Positions 50,171-62,137 of a stretch of 64,000 nucleotides of DNA are shown piece by piece. The notes under the pieces were generated by a model, which worked only from the letters and a program-made list of their open reading frames with translations, did no database searches and had not been told where the DNA came from. Numbering within the stretch: the stretch's first letter is position 1; the number at the start of each line of letters is the position of its first letter. Made by a program: the position numbers and the translations under genes. The stretch spans positions 262,493,749 to 262,557,748 of the forward strand of contig NC_085842.1 of NCBI RefSeq assembly GCF_035594765.1, given 5' to 3'. Source of the stretch: Anolis carolinensis (lineage: Eukaryota).

Positions 50171-52559
50171 AAGATAGAAGGAGTTGTGGTTTGAAGTTGG
50201 ATAATCAAATTAATAATTCAATCCTATACCTGTGTACATAAAATACACTCCATTATCTTCAGTGGGACTTACTTCTAGGAAACTGTATTTTGAACTGAAA
50301 GAAAGCATCAACAGAATAAGAAGTATGAGACAGAGGATCATCCTTAGTTGCCAATGCAATGGTTTTACTCTTAGGGAAGTGTATGCTGTCTCAGTTTCAC
50401 ATCTCCATTTTAACAGAAGATGGCAAAACTATTCATAAGAAAAAGTTTGCACTTCTGAAGTAGTAATAATGATTAAGCAAGTCTTGAAATTTCCTTAAAA
50501 GATTTCTCATTGCTGTCAATGCAAAACCACATAGCCTCCTCATTTCCTCTGTAATCTCCTTTAGTGGGGATATCACCAGCATGAGGTCGTCTTGCATGAT
50601 GCACAGTACAGAAAGAGGTACGAAGCAACACAGGCCAAAGCGCTTTCTTTACCCTCAGAAGCAAACCATCAGAATCTATTAAAATTACCTTAAACTGATA
50701 GCACCAGAGACATGAAAAATCACAGACCAAGAGTCAGATACCAAGGAATGTGTATCAGGGCTTTGGGGCCAGGCCGATTTGCAAGCAAATGATATTGTGT
50801 AGAGCTGGCATGCTCAGTGCATGACAAACTGATGCAATTTCAGCACTGTCGGAGAAGCTGGGCGAGATTTCTCCGATGCTGGCCATGCTTAGCTTAGAGA
50901 ATTGTGCCGAGTTCCCAGATTTGAATCACTTGGGGCCTGAAAGGGCGTCACTTGACAAGTCACAAATAATTACACCACACTCTTTCCATTGTACTCTATT
51001 ATTTTGCCCCTCTTATCTCTAGACTTTGAACACTTGTGAACAAGCAAGGTCGCCTCTTATTTTGACCACAATGCCGCAAAACGTTGTTCTTTTCTGATAT
51101 GATAAATAAAACAAGGGCCAAGGGACTAACCATTTTTAGCAAATTTATTTTCTACTTTTGTAAGCAAAAGCAACTTTCCTGGTTGAGTCTGTTAGAAGAG
51201 TAAAGGTTAGAAATACCCACGAAACAGGCTCATGCACTCGTCACTTAAGAGGGTTATGCAGTTATCTAGTTAACTGCGAAAAAGATTTTAGAAATAGGGC
51301 ACTGAGTTCATAGCCCCAGACAGATAAAGTTATCTATGGACTATTTTAGAAAAGCTCCTCTCCCCCTTTCAAATGAATGAGTTTTGACAATTCAGTCTAT
51401 GAGTTGTAGAAAACAAGGTGAAGCGACCCTTTTTTGCCAATCTCTTTCAAAGAAAGAAGTAATGTGTCCATTGGCCATTGTGAAACCTACATTTCCTGTA
51501 ACAGATAAAGAAAGTGAAGTGTGTGTGTGTGTGACTGTTCAAAAAGAAAAAAAAGGGTAAAGGAAAAGAAATGGCTGTAGGTTTTAGCACATGATAAAAA
51601 TAGGAATTTTGAATCAAGCTTCTTATTTCCCATCTCTTGTATTTTCTCTGAAGTAGTATATAGAAGAAAAGAAAAGCAAATTCAGGTTGAGTACCCCTAA
51701 AATATTGCATTGCTGGTACTAATGACCAACAACCATGCACATATAAAGTGATAGGTAGAAAAGATAGGAGTTGCTATAGAAGTCTTTCTATATTAGATAT
51801 TTTATTAAAACAGGTCTTATTTTCCACTGGCCTAAGGTTTTGATAGTTCCATGTTTCAGTTCTTTCCCACCCTTCAAGATCCAAGTCAGCCTATCAACCT
51901 ACTCTCTATTTTGCTGCTGCTTCTGCTGAATGTCAGCACCCAATTTGATGTTGCTGAGCCTACAATTCATGTCAATATATAGAAAATTTATGGGATGGGT
52001 GGCAGTTAGAGTGTAGGTTGGCATAGGTCACACAATACAGCTGAAAATTAGCAAAAACATTTTGTTATGCACATTATGTGGCAGTAAGTTTAGCCAAAAA
52101 TGCATACTATGCCTCCATTACTGTATTCTCAATATGTTGCTCAACAAAGTTATTCTGAGGAACCAGGTCAGGTTCAAAGAGGCTGCAGAGTCATCCAATT
52201 TGCCAGTAACATTGAGGAGAACGTAGCTCATATTCAGTCATATGAACTTGATGGCACAGTTATCATAGAGTCTGGAGAAGTGTGCAGTGCTCTATCAAGT
52301 CAGTTTTCTGATGATCACTTTAATTTCTCCTAGTCTGATGACATAGGGAAGACACTAGAATTAATTCATGCCACCACATATAAACTTGACATTTGCTCAT
52401 CTTGGCTATTAATATTTAACAAGACAGGATTCAGTAGGTAGGTTCAAGAGGTGGAAAATGCCTCACTATACCAAGGAGATGATTGCTGCCTTGGTGTACT
52501 CTGTCCTGAAGGTGATCCCCCTGGACCCAGAATTATGTGAAAATTACTACCTTATCATT

Positions 52560-53360
52560 TCTTATTTAGGCAAGGACTTTGAATATGTGGTGGACAAGTT
52601 CAGACGTTCTTAAAGGAAACAGATTATCTGAAACGATTTCAGTCTAGTTTCAGGCATAACACTGAAATGGCCCTGTCACTGTGAGTGATTACCTTACTCG
52701 AGGGGAGAGATGGGAGGTATACTATTATGTCAATATTTCTAGATCTCTCTGATTATAGTATCATAACAGATCAACTCTATTTGATGGCAGTAGGAGGAAC
52801 TTCAATTGCAAAGGTTCAATTCTATCTGTGAGATTGGTTCCAGAATTCCTGTTCAACCTCATGACTATTAAGATGTGGGTTGTTGAGGGTTTCATCTTGT
52901 CTCCCATGCTGTTCAACATCTATGTGAACTCACTGGGAGATGTAATTCATGGTTTGGGGGTTGGGTTGGGTGCCCTTAGTATGTTGTTCTCCTTGTCATT
53001 GAAGGCCACGCAGATGCTGGATCAGAGCATAGAGGCTGTAATGGAAAAAGAGGGCAAATAAACTGAAGCTGAATCCTGGCATGATGGAAGTTCTATGGAC
53101 TGGTGGATCTTAAGGTCAGGAATTTTTTAAGCATCCTGTTCTGAATGTAACTGCATATATCTTGAAGGTGTATCAGTTGGTAGGAACTCTGTCACTTGGA
53201 GACCAGAGAGGATCTCATGGCTCAGGAAGCTTAGCCTCAACTCTGAACGTGGACCAACTACAGTTTTTCTTGGCCAGATAAATTAAACACAGTATTCCAT
53301 GCACTGATAACTTCTCAATTAGATATCTCAATGTGCTTTATTTGGTGCTTCCCATGAAAA
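52560..53360 (+). mobile_element. Old decayed L2 LINE RT region
   Basis: Remnants of FQS.FR..H.TE.AL, G.ILSPMLFNIYV..LG, LKLNP and HALITS.LD motifs, with many disruptions. Confidence 0.7.
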
Positions 53361-54488
53361 TATATACAGGGATATAAATCAAAATCAATCAGCAAACAAC
53401 AGCTGCTTCAGGTGATATCACAATGGCTAGAGCTAGTACCTCAACTAAGAAATGACAACAACTAAATGTTAGAGAAGATATGCTTTAACATTGTGTAAAG
53501 CTCTTATATTAAATGATCTAAGATGCTAGTGCTAGCCCTAGAATCCATGCCTCTTAATCTGAACTCCATTCAAAGCAGGTTCTGCTGATACTAATACAAT
53601 GAATTCCCCACTATATGTTCTCCAGTTCATCCTATAACTGTCATCTTAATATAGCAGTTCATAGGCTTAGGGCATACAAGAAGGAAAGTCAGCTGAAATA
53701 TATCTGATTACTTTTTATAAAAGCAATTTTCCTAATCAATACATACTCATTGCTATCCTATTGATTGATGCACCGCATAATCAAGGTTCTTAATCTGTGT
53801 TTATGTAAGAAATGATGGGAAGACATTGGATTTTATTATTCTCCAGCCTGAAGACATAAGAGTGGCACAAATATTTTTCTACATCTATTTAAAACCTGGA
53901 CTTATTTTAGTAGGAATTTAATTAACAAAATGCATAACAACAAGAAAAAATAATAAATGTCTTCTGCTTTCTATGTTGAACTTTTCATGTTACATTGAGA
54001 GAATAATGGGAAAGCAAATGCTTCATACTGAAAAATTGTGCCACTTGCACTATTTTTTTAAAAAAACCTCTTCAAACAAATAAGCATGCTATTTATTTCA
54101 ATTATTTAAAATATTTAGACCATGGAACATTTCATAAGATCTCTGTGAAGTTTACCATACAAACCATTTAAACAATTTACAGTTAGGGTAATAGCCATTT
54201 AAAAGAATAAAAAATAAATATTCTAAAAAAATCCAATAATGTAAATTTTTTTAATTGAAATATTAAACATATAGATGTACAAACATGTCTCCGAAAGAAG
54301 GTTGTTCCACAACTGAGATGCCACCAACAGAGAAAGACCTCTCTCATGACATCGTACAATGAATCAAATCCACTCAGTTCTCTGATAAGCATAAATAGGG
54401 ACCTCAAGGCCATAAACTATGTGGAGATTTCGAGCACATACTCATAGTCATGTCAACTCTTAAGATAGACAAATCCAATTATACAGTA

Positions 54489-54830
54489 CAGTAGAGTCTC
54501 ACTCATCCAACATAAATGGGTTGGCAGAACATTGGATAAGCAAATATGTTGGATAATAAGGAGAGATTAAGGAAAAGCCTATTAAACACCAAATTAGGTT
54601 ATGATTTTACAAATTAAGCACCATGTTATACAAAAAAGAAAAAGAAAAAGAAAAAGTCTTTCAATACGCAGTAATGCTACATAGTAATTATTGTATTTAC
54701 AAATTTAGCCCCAAAATATCACAATGTATTGAAAACATTGACTACAAAAACATTGACTACTAAAAGGCAGACTGCGTTGGATAATCCAGAACGTTGGATA
54801 AGCGAATGTTGGATAAGTGAGACTCTACTG
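54489..54830 (-). mobile_element. Tc1/mariner-type MITE (CAGTAGAGTCTC family)
   Basis: TIRs with TA TSD. Opposite orientation to the other three copies. Confidence 0.92.
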
Positions 54831-55434
54831 TACTAGCAATTTTAAAAAGCTTGGAAGATTTTTTTTAGAAAAGGTGTTTAATCTATGACTGGCACAAAAA
54901 GGGACACAAATGAGTACTGTAGTTGAAAAGTCTATTCAGGAATAGACAACATTTTAGTATATAGCATGCATATCCTCTAAGGAATTCAATGCCTTTTTTG
55001 CTTTTGCATAAAGCCTACTGACACATTTCTATCCTCAAGATTTGAACTATGGTACCAAGAATAATTAAATTTAAAGTCTTTACAAGGGGGGGGTTATACT
55101 AAGAGCCCAGCCCTAACACTGCAGTTAAACATATCTTCACTCAAATGTGATGGGACAAGATATCTACAAGATATTGTCCTTACTCCAAACTTTTTTGCAT
55201 TCTGTAGATATATTGCCTAATGCAATCACTAAGAAATCAGTTAATAAATACATGATAAACAAAAGTGGGCTTCAAAGTGTTATATTGACAGACTCTCAAT
55301 AAAGAACTCTAGAGCACATACTATTGAACCAGTCATTTTCCAGATTCTGGACTACGTTGTCCATGAACATTTAAGGATAACCACTTTGGGAACTAGAGAA
55401 CATTATCCCTAATGCTTGGACAAGAGAGCACAAA

Positions 55435-55572
55435 GGAATGCCATCTATTTCAGGCTATATTTCAGAGGAAGGGACTGGCAAAACTGCCTCTGTGTATTCC
55501 TTGCGTAAGGAAACCTTACGAAACCCATGGCGTTGCCATAAGTCAACAGATGACTTAAAAACACTTATATGC
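55435..55572 (+). mobile_element. Body/tail of a 5S-derived SINE
   Basis: caggctatatttcagaggaaggga.tggcaaaac...ttgcgtaag is the reverse complement of sequence at 57030-57110 and 60817-60890. Confidence 0.55.
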
Positions 55573-56183
55573 ACACAACCTGCTAATCATGTCTTGAAAC
55601 AACAACAACAATAACTAGGAACCAAAACAATTTGTAGCCAAAACTCACAAGAGAACTGTAACCATGGTGGGTTAGAGAAGGCCCAAGTAATATGCCTTTA
55701 ACAGAGACACAGAAAATGCCACAGCTGGCTAAAGAGAGGATGATGTTCCAGAAGATGGGGGACATCACAGTGAAGGCTTCTTTCTTTTATATGTCATTTT
55801 GCCAGTTGCAGAAGAAAGAGCAATCCCAATTATAAGATACCCTTTCCAAAAATGATATTTATCTTAGTAGCATTTCAGCATCAGGTGATGACAATGAAGG
55901 ATTCTGTTTCTTTACTTTCATTGTTATTTTATTATTTTCACTTAATGGCAACTAGTAACTGTAATTTTTCCTCATTATTTGCACTTAACCTTCTGTTGAA
56001 AGGTAGACTGCAGTTGCTTAAATCAATTACATACTTAAGCTCTCCAAAGCTTCCTAGGCCTTTCAGAGAGCACAATCTCATATAACCAATCCATTAGTCT
56101 GGACAGAAAAGGCTTTACTTTTGCTAAATGAGTACTGTGATAGCCCAAAACCTGCAAAAGGCAATGGCAGTTAGATACATGGG

Positions 56184-56830
56184 AAGGGCCAGCCGGAGAT
56201 AATTTTAAATATTAAGCGGGGGTGAGGAAAAGCGCCCCGCCCCCCGCCGGTGCCGCGGGAGGCATGGCCATGTGCCACGGGAGGCACATGGCCATGCCTC
56301 CCGCGGCGCCAGTGGACCCCGCTTCCCGCGCCCTGGCCCCGCCTCTCACGCAACGTGGGAGGCGGGGTCAGGGCGAGTAGTGCGGGAGGCGGGGCCAGGG
56401 TTGGCCCCGCCTCCCGTGCTACTCACCCTCGCCCGTCTGGCCTTTTCCAGCTGGCCAGACTGCAGCGGAGGTCCCTCCAGGCCACGATCGCCTCCAGGCC
56501 GCGATCGCCAACCCTGGCCCCGCCTCCCGTGAAACTCGCCCTGACTCCGCCTCCCACGCTGTGTGAGAGGCGGGGGCAGGGCATGCTGGGCGGGAGGCGG
56601 AGCACCGCCCTGACGGTGCCCCGTCTCCCGCCCAGTGCGCCCTGGCCTGGCTGGCACTTGCCCAGCCGGCAGCGGCCATGTGGAGCTCGCTCGTCACCGA
56701 ACAGGCCTTCCTGTTCACCGGCGAGCGAGCCCATGGTCCCCGCTGGGGCGGGGGAAGCCTGACGGCGCCCCCCGGGGACCTGCGCCCGAGGCGGCTGCCT
56801 CACGTGGCCTCCATGGTGGGGCCAGCCCTG
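56184..56830. mobile_element. GC-rich non-autonomous hAT element (CAGGGCCGGCC-type ends)
   Basis: 8-bp TSD TACATGGG at 56176-56183 / 56831-56838. Termini aagggccagcc / ggccagccctg. Subterminal GCGCCCC. Abrupt GC boundaries at the TSDs. Confidence 0.85.
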
Positions 56831-57029
56831 TACATGGGCACAACTGAAACAAGCATCTTTTGAAAGGAAAACAAGCATGTTTACAAGTGCAAGATGAACA
56901 GTTACAGAGAGCACCCAACTCTGTTACACTGGTATGTTTCCAGGTGCAAATGCAAGTGCTAATTTTAACTGGTGTTTGTGTGTATGTGACTTCTAGATAC
57001 CTGTCAACGTATGGTGACCTCATACAATT

Positions 57030-57482
57030 CATAGGTTTTTATTAGGCAAAGAATACTCAGAGGTGGTTTTGCCAGTTCCTTCCTCTGAAATACGGACTAT
57101 AGTACCAGTATTCATTGCTATGGTGGCACAGCGGATTAAACTGCTGAGCTGCTGAACTTGCTGACCGAAAGGTCGGCGGTTCAAATCTGGGGAGCGGGGT
57201 GAGCTCCCACTTTTAGCCCCAGCTTCTGCCAACCTAGCAGTTCAAATGTGAACCTAGCATGCAAATGTGAGTAGATCAATAGGTACAGCTCTGGTAGGAA
57301 GGTAATGGTGCTCCATGTAGTCATGATGGCCATATGACCTTGGAGGTGCCTACGGACAATGCCGACTTTTCGGCTTAGAAATGGAGATTTACACCCAGAG
57401 TCAGACACGACTAAACTTAATGTCAGGGGAAAACCTTTACCTTTTCCTATTCATTGGTAGTTCCCCATCCAAGTACTAACCA
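57030..57482 (-). mobile_element. 5S rRNA-derived SINE split by a Sauria SINE
   Basis: 57456-57482 read on the minus strand is TGGTTAGTACTTGGATGGGGAACTACC, like the 5S internal control region. The body continues at 57117-57030. Confidence 0.7.
57118..57447 (+). mobile_element. Sauria SINE
   Basis: Family match. 9-bp TSD TATTCATTG at 57109-57117 / 57448-57456. Confidence 0.92.
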
Positions 57483-58211
57483 AATTGCGGTCCCATCTCT
57501 CTGAATGACAGTCTTCCTAACAAGCATGATTAGATACTGAGATATTTGAATTCACAAAGAACTACCTTGTATCGTGTATCTACTGTAACAGTATCATCCT
57601 AGTACTTTTTACGGCATAGTCCCACCGAAGGAGCAATTCAAAGGAATTAGGTTAAAGGCCTTGGAATGATCTCAAGAGTACCATTTATGGATTTACATAT
57701 ATGTGGCTTATCTATCTTAATATGCTATGTCCTATTTGATATAGTCAAACATACGAAACTGTAGCCCAATAGCACTAAATTAATAAAGAAATATTCTTGA
57801 AAAATTGAGTAGAATTAGGTAATTTCATCTAACTTGTCGAATACAGAAGATGGAAGCAATGAAACAAAGTCAGCCTTCCATATTCACTAGGATTAGGGGC
57901 ACAGGATTCCAAGGAAAGTGGAATAACCATAAGAGAACACATCTCTAGATATCTGGAAGCTGACCAATGAATCACCCTGAAGAGCTTACAAATGCCTAGA
58001 AAAGTGTTCTCCTTAGGAATCTCTATGTCTTTCAGCAGAGATTGACTATAGAGTTGCTCTGAAGAACCTGGTGATTCCTATTAATAAAATCCACAAAGTA
58101 TCAAATATGCAAAAAGTTAAACCTACAATGTGGAGAGCTCACTGTATTCACAGTGCAAAGTTTTTTCTCTCCTCCCAGGAAAACAAAACATTTCTTAGGT
58201 GCCATGGAACT

Positions 58212-58458
58212 ATACAATGGACCCTTGATATCCACTTGGGGTTTGGTTTCAGGACCCCCTGTGAATACTAAAATCCACAGATGCTCAATTCACATTATAT
58301 GCAACGATGAAATAAAATAATGTCCCTTATATAAAATGGCAAAATTAAGGGTTGCTTTTTGGGGAGGGTTTTTTTTTTGGGGGGGGGGGAGGATATATTC
58401 AAGCCATGGATGGTTGAATCCATAGATCCAGAATCCATGAATATGGAGGTCTTACTAT
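58212..58458. mobile_element. Old Tigger-like MITE
   Basis: tacaatggacccttgatatccac...ggttgaatccatagat...gaatatggaggtcttact. Related remnants at 45595-45830, 49130-49258 and 57867-58146. Confidence 0.5.
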
Positions 58459-59334
58459 CCATAAGAATAGTAAGAATTCTTATTATAAATATTACTATTT
58501 ATAAACTTATTATAAATATAAATAATATTTTATTATTTTTGCTGTATAACTTAAAACAATATTTGACATCCCATCCAATAAACATAACGCCAACACAAAA
58601 CAATTAGGTAACATTAAAACTACTAATGAAGAATACTGTAAGCATGTCAGTCAAATATGCCCTTTGTACCTCAACCCACCTATATGTTTGTCACCTTGAC
58701 CTGTAACATACCAATCCAATGGTTTTTTGCTCAATATTAATCAAAGATACACTAATTTATTCCTATGGTTTTTAAGAATCTGAATCAAGATTAGAAATCC
58801 AACTAGTCCTTGCTATTCTGTTATTGACAAAGGAAGCACATTTAAATGATAACAAGTGCTCATGGGTGTCATTCTGAAGTTAAATTGTTCCCCAAGGACA
58901 TGTTCACAAAACGTCTACATTTAAAGGTCATTCACTGCCAAATTATGAACAACTGTTGCATTTATAAGCAGAGGTTCAATAGTTCTGTGATCCAGACATC
59001 AATTTAAAGTGGCAACAAAAAGTTTAACTGTTGACTGGTACTAACTGAGGAAAACATCTCCACAAGCCATCTCACCCTCGTCAGTGTAAGTTGCTTAGAA
59101 GACAATCCTACCATCAAATGGGATGCGACACCAACCAAACTGAATTGGCATTTGAGATGATACTGGATTCCACCTTCCATCACGCATAGCTTGGGGTGAG
59201 AAAGGATGGGAGTTCCAGTCCACATTATCCAAAAAGGAAAGGGCTGGAGAAAGATGCCACACATATACAGGGCTTTTAAAAAACAACTAATGTATATGTC
59301 TGCTGTTGCCCAACTGTTGGAAGGGCTACTACCT

Positions 59335-59518
59335 CTCTGTTTCCATCCCTTCTTTCTCCTTCTTTCCTTTCCTCTCCTCATACTCTTTCCCCTTTCCTTT
59401 GTCTCCCTTCCCTTCTTTTTCATTTTTTCCCCTTCCTCCCTTATCTCCCTCCATCCCTTTTCTTTCTTTCTCCTCCCTCCCTTCTCCATTCTTTTATCTT
59501 CCTTCCTTCCCCTTCTCC
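59335..59518. repeat. Polypyrimidine/polypurine low-complexity tract
   Basis: About 180 nt of almost pure C/T. Confidence 0.9.
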
Positions 59519-60816
59519 AGCTGAGAGGCCTACCTCACAATGCCTCCCTGGCAACATGACTTGTTTTGTGGGTTTTTCTTTAGTTCCTCCCTTCCCCACA
59601 TATACATGTCACCATCATTGCCCAGTTGCCCTCTTTCATACCTGATTTATTTAGGAAGAGCAAAACAGGGAGAGCCTGAAAAAATTACAATTGTACCCTC
59701 CCTGACATTTCTGTGCAGTTTACTTTTGCTTTTGCTTCTGCATTGCTGTGTCCTACACTTTCCTTGCAAAAATATTCGTTCTCCAGAGAAACCAGTAATC
59801 AGCCAAAGCTCTGTGATTCCATTTTCTAACTTGAGATCTGATTCAGGCCGGATAAATCTGTGTCTAGTCACCACAAGGAGACTCACATGACTGGAACTTC
59901 TCCTTAAAAGATTACTCCTGCTATACCAAGCATCAAATATCTGTATCTTTGCCTTACTAGTGGCATGATTCATTACTTCGTAGTCAGGAAAGGTACAGTT
60001 TGGACTCCATGGCAATTAAGTCTACGTATTAACTCACACATTATACAAGGAACTGAAGAATGCACAAGAACAAACAATTACTGTTTCTGGATAATTGTGT
60101 AAAGTGGCACGGAGACTAACAGAAAGATAAATCTTTCATTATTTTGTTGTGTAACATAAAATAATATAATTTGTGTTGAATGTCATTAATTATTTGGAAC
60201 ACAGTCATCTTCACATGGATGGAATATGTTGGAATATGGGAGGTGGGGTTAGGTGTGTTATTTTTTTATTACTTTCTTTCCTATTCCATAAAAACAACTT
60301 AAAGGTGACATTACATCTGAACCAAAGTGGGGTATTTTTGGTTCTCCTAACAGTTTGGACCAACTCTCATAATCCCTTGGCAATGGCTATGATAGGTGAG
60401 GCTGTAGATACGATATCCAAAATATCTGGAAGCCAAAAGGGTCTCCATCCTTGTTCTATAATTTCATCTAACTTGTCAAATATAGAAGATGGAAGCAATG
60501 AAACACTGACTTTGCTTTACGAATTTATTTCAAATGGATACATTATTATTTCATCCTAGTTAGATATTACAAAAAGTAACAATTTTGCCTTGTTGCTATG
60601 TGCTTTCTTATAAGTTCTCCAAGTAGAATAAGCCAACAGATCACTTTGGGAGATTGAGAATTTGTCAACCAGAAGCTGTTGTATAATAGCAGAGTTTCCA
60701 GTCAACTATACATTTTAAAATAAATGTACATACTTATTTAAGTACCCTATTTCAATAAACTATCAGTTCTTCACATGAGATAAACAGCAGTTTCCTAAAA
60801 GAGGCATATTAATTTC

Positions 60817-60985
60817 ATAGGGGTTTTCTAGACAAGGAATCACTGTTGGTTTTGCCAATTCTTTTCTTGGAAATATATCTTACAGCACCTGGCATTCTTT
60901 GGCAGTATTCTATCCAAGTAATAACTAGAACTGACTCTTCCTGGCTTCTAAGACCAACCAGGATGTGTTACCTTTATGATGTTTA
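60817..60985 (-). mobile_element. Decayed 5S-derived SINE
   Basis: atccaagtaataactag plus a body homologous to 57030-57482. Confidence 0.6.
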
Positions 60986-60997
60986 AGCAAAGTACAG

Positions 60998-61240
60998 ATT
61001 GTTGTTGATGTGTGCCTTCAAGTTCCTTTCAACGAATGACGATCTTAAGGAAAACCTATCATTTTGCTTTTTGTGGTTTTTTGTGTGTGCAAGATTTGCT
61101 CAGGGTTGGTTTACCATTGCCATTCTTTGAGGGCAAGAGGATGTGACTTGCCCAAGGATAACCAGTAAGTTTTTATAGGTGAGCAGAGTTTGAACCCTGG
61201 TCTCCAGAGTCATAGTCTAATGCTCAAACCACGACACTGC
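60998..61240 (-). mobile_element. Old tRNA-head SINE with RTE-like tail
   Basis: tttgaaccctggtctcc B-box (minus strand), gacttgcccaagg core and (gtt)n end. Confidence 0.65.
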
Positions 61241-61387
61241 TGAATCTCTAACAATAGACAAAGGCAGAAGCACTGACCCCAAGAATGGTTCGCACTTGCT
61301 CAAGATCGCCTTGATATCTTTTGCAAAACTCCAGATAGGCCAAGAGACTGTTGTGCCCTGAGGCAATTGGCAATCCTACCAAACTCA

Positions 61388-61985
61388 AGGTGCATCTACA
61401 CCAGGGTTCCCCAAACTAAGACCTGCAGGTCTGAAACAACTTGAAGGAACACAACAACAACAATCCTAATTAACTTGACTATTTCATCAGTCAAAGCAGG
61501 GGCACATTTCCCATTGAAATACTGGTTTATGTTGGTTAAAATTGTTTTTCATCTTAAATTGTTCATTGTTTTCCCATGTTTTTCTTCCATTATCAATAAG
61601 ATATGTAAACTGTGGACAGTAATTGGTTCATGTTTTTTCCCCCTCTAAACTATAGTCTGGCACCTGAACAGTCTAAGGGACTGTGAACTGGCCCTCTGCT
61701 TAAAAAGTTAAAGGACTTCTGATCTACACCATAGAATTAATACTATTTGAACCCACTTTATCTGCTGTGGCTCAATGTATGAACTCATGGAAGTTGAAGT
61801 TTTACAAGTCTTTTGCTTTTTCAGCCAAGAAGTCTTGATGCCTCGCCAAATGAAGAATAATAATAATAATAATACTTTATTTATATTCTGCCTTATCTCA
61901 CTGAGGGACTCTTGGTTCCATAGCACTGAATCACGGCAGCTAAAGTTGTATCAAACCTCATTCATTCGACAGTGTAGATGCACTC
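61388..61985. mobile_element. Palindromic MITE (GGTGCATCTACAC ends) with nested hAT
   Basis: TIRs ggtgcatctacac / gtgtagatgcac. Confidence 0.7.
61402..61721 (+). mobile_element. hAT MITE with OC1-like ends
   Basis: cagggttccccaaact start. 8-bp TSD ATCTACAC at 61394-61401 / 61722-61729. Homologous to 43758-44130. Confidence 0.85.
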
Positions 61986-62137
61986 TCAGAACACAAAACT
62001 GACCAAAGACTGGTAACACACAGTGCCGTGGACTGCCCTGTGCCTTGACACCCTGTTCCCTTCCATCAATGACCAGCTCCCTGGCCCAGCCACACGTTCC
62101 ATGGTACCACAAATCCACTTGTTCCTTCACAAAGTGT

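Noticed and set aside
56171-57032. Overlapping 60-170 aa ORFs and a CpG island read as a gene promoter or first exon
   Set aside because: The block is bounded by an 8-bp TSD and TIRs, and the ORFs reflect stop-codon scarcity in GC-rich DNA.
57456-57482. 5S rRNA gene
   Set aside because: Only a short diverged 5S-like segment is fused to a repeat body seen three times, so it is a SINE.
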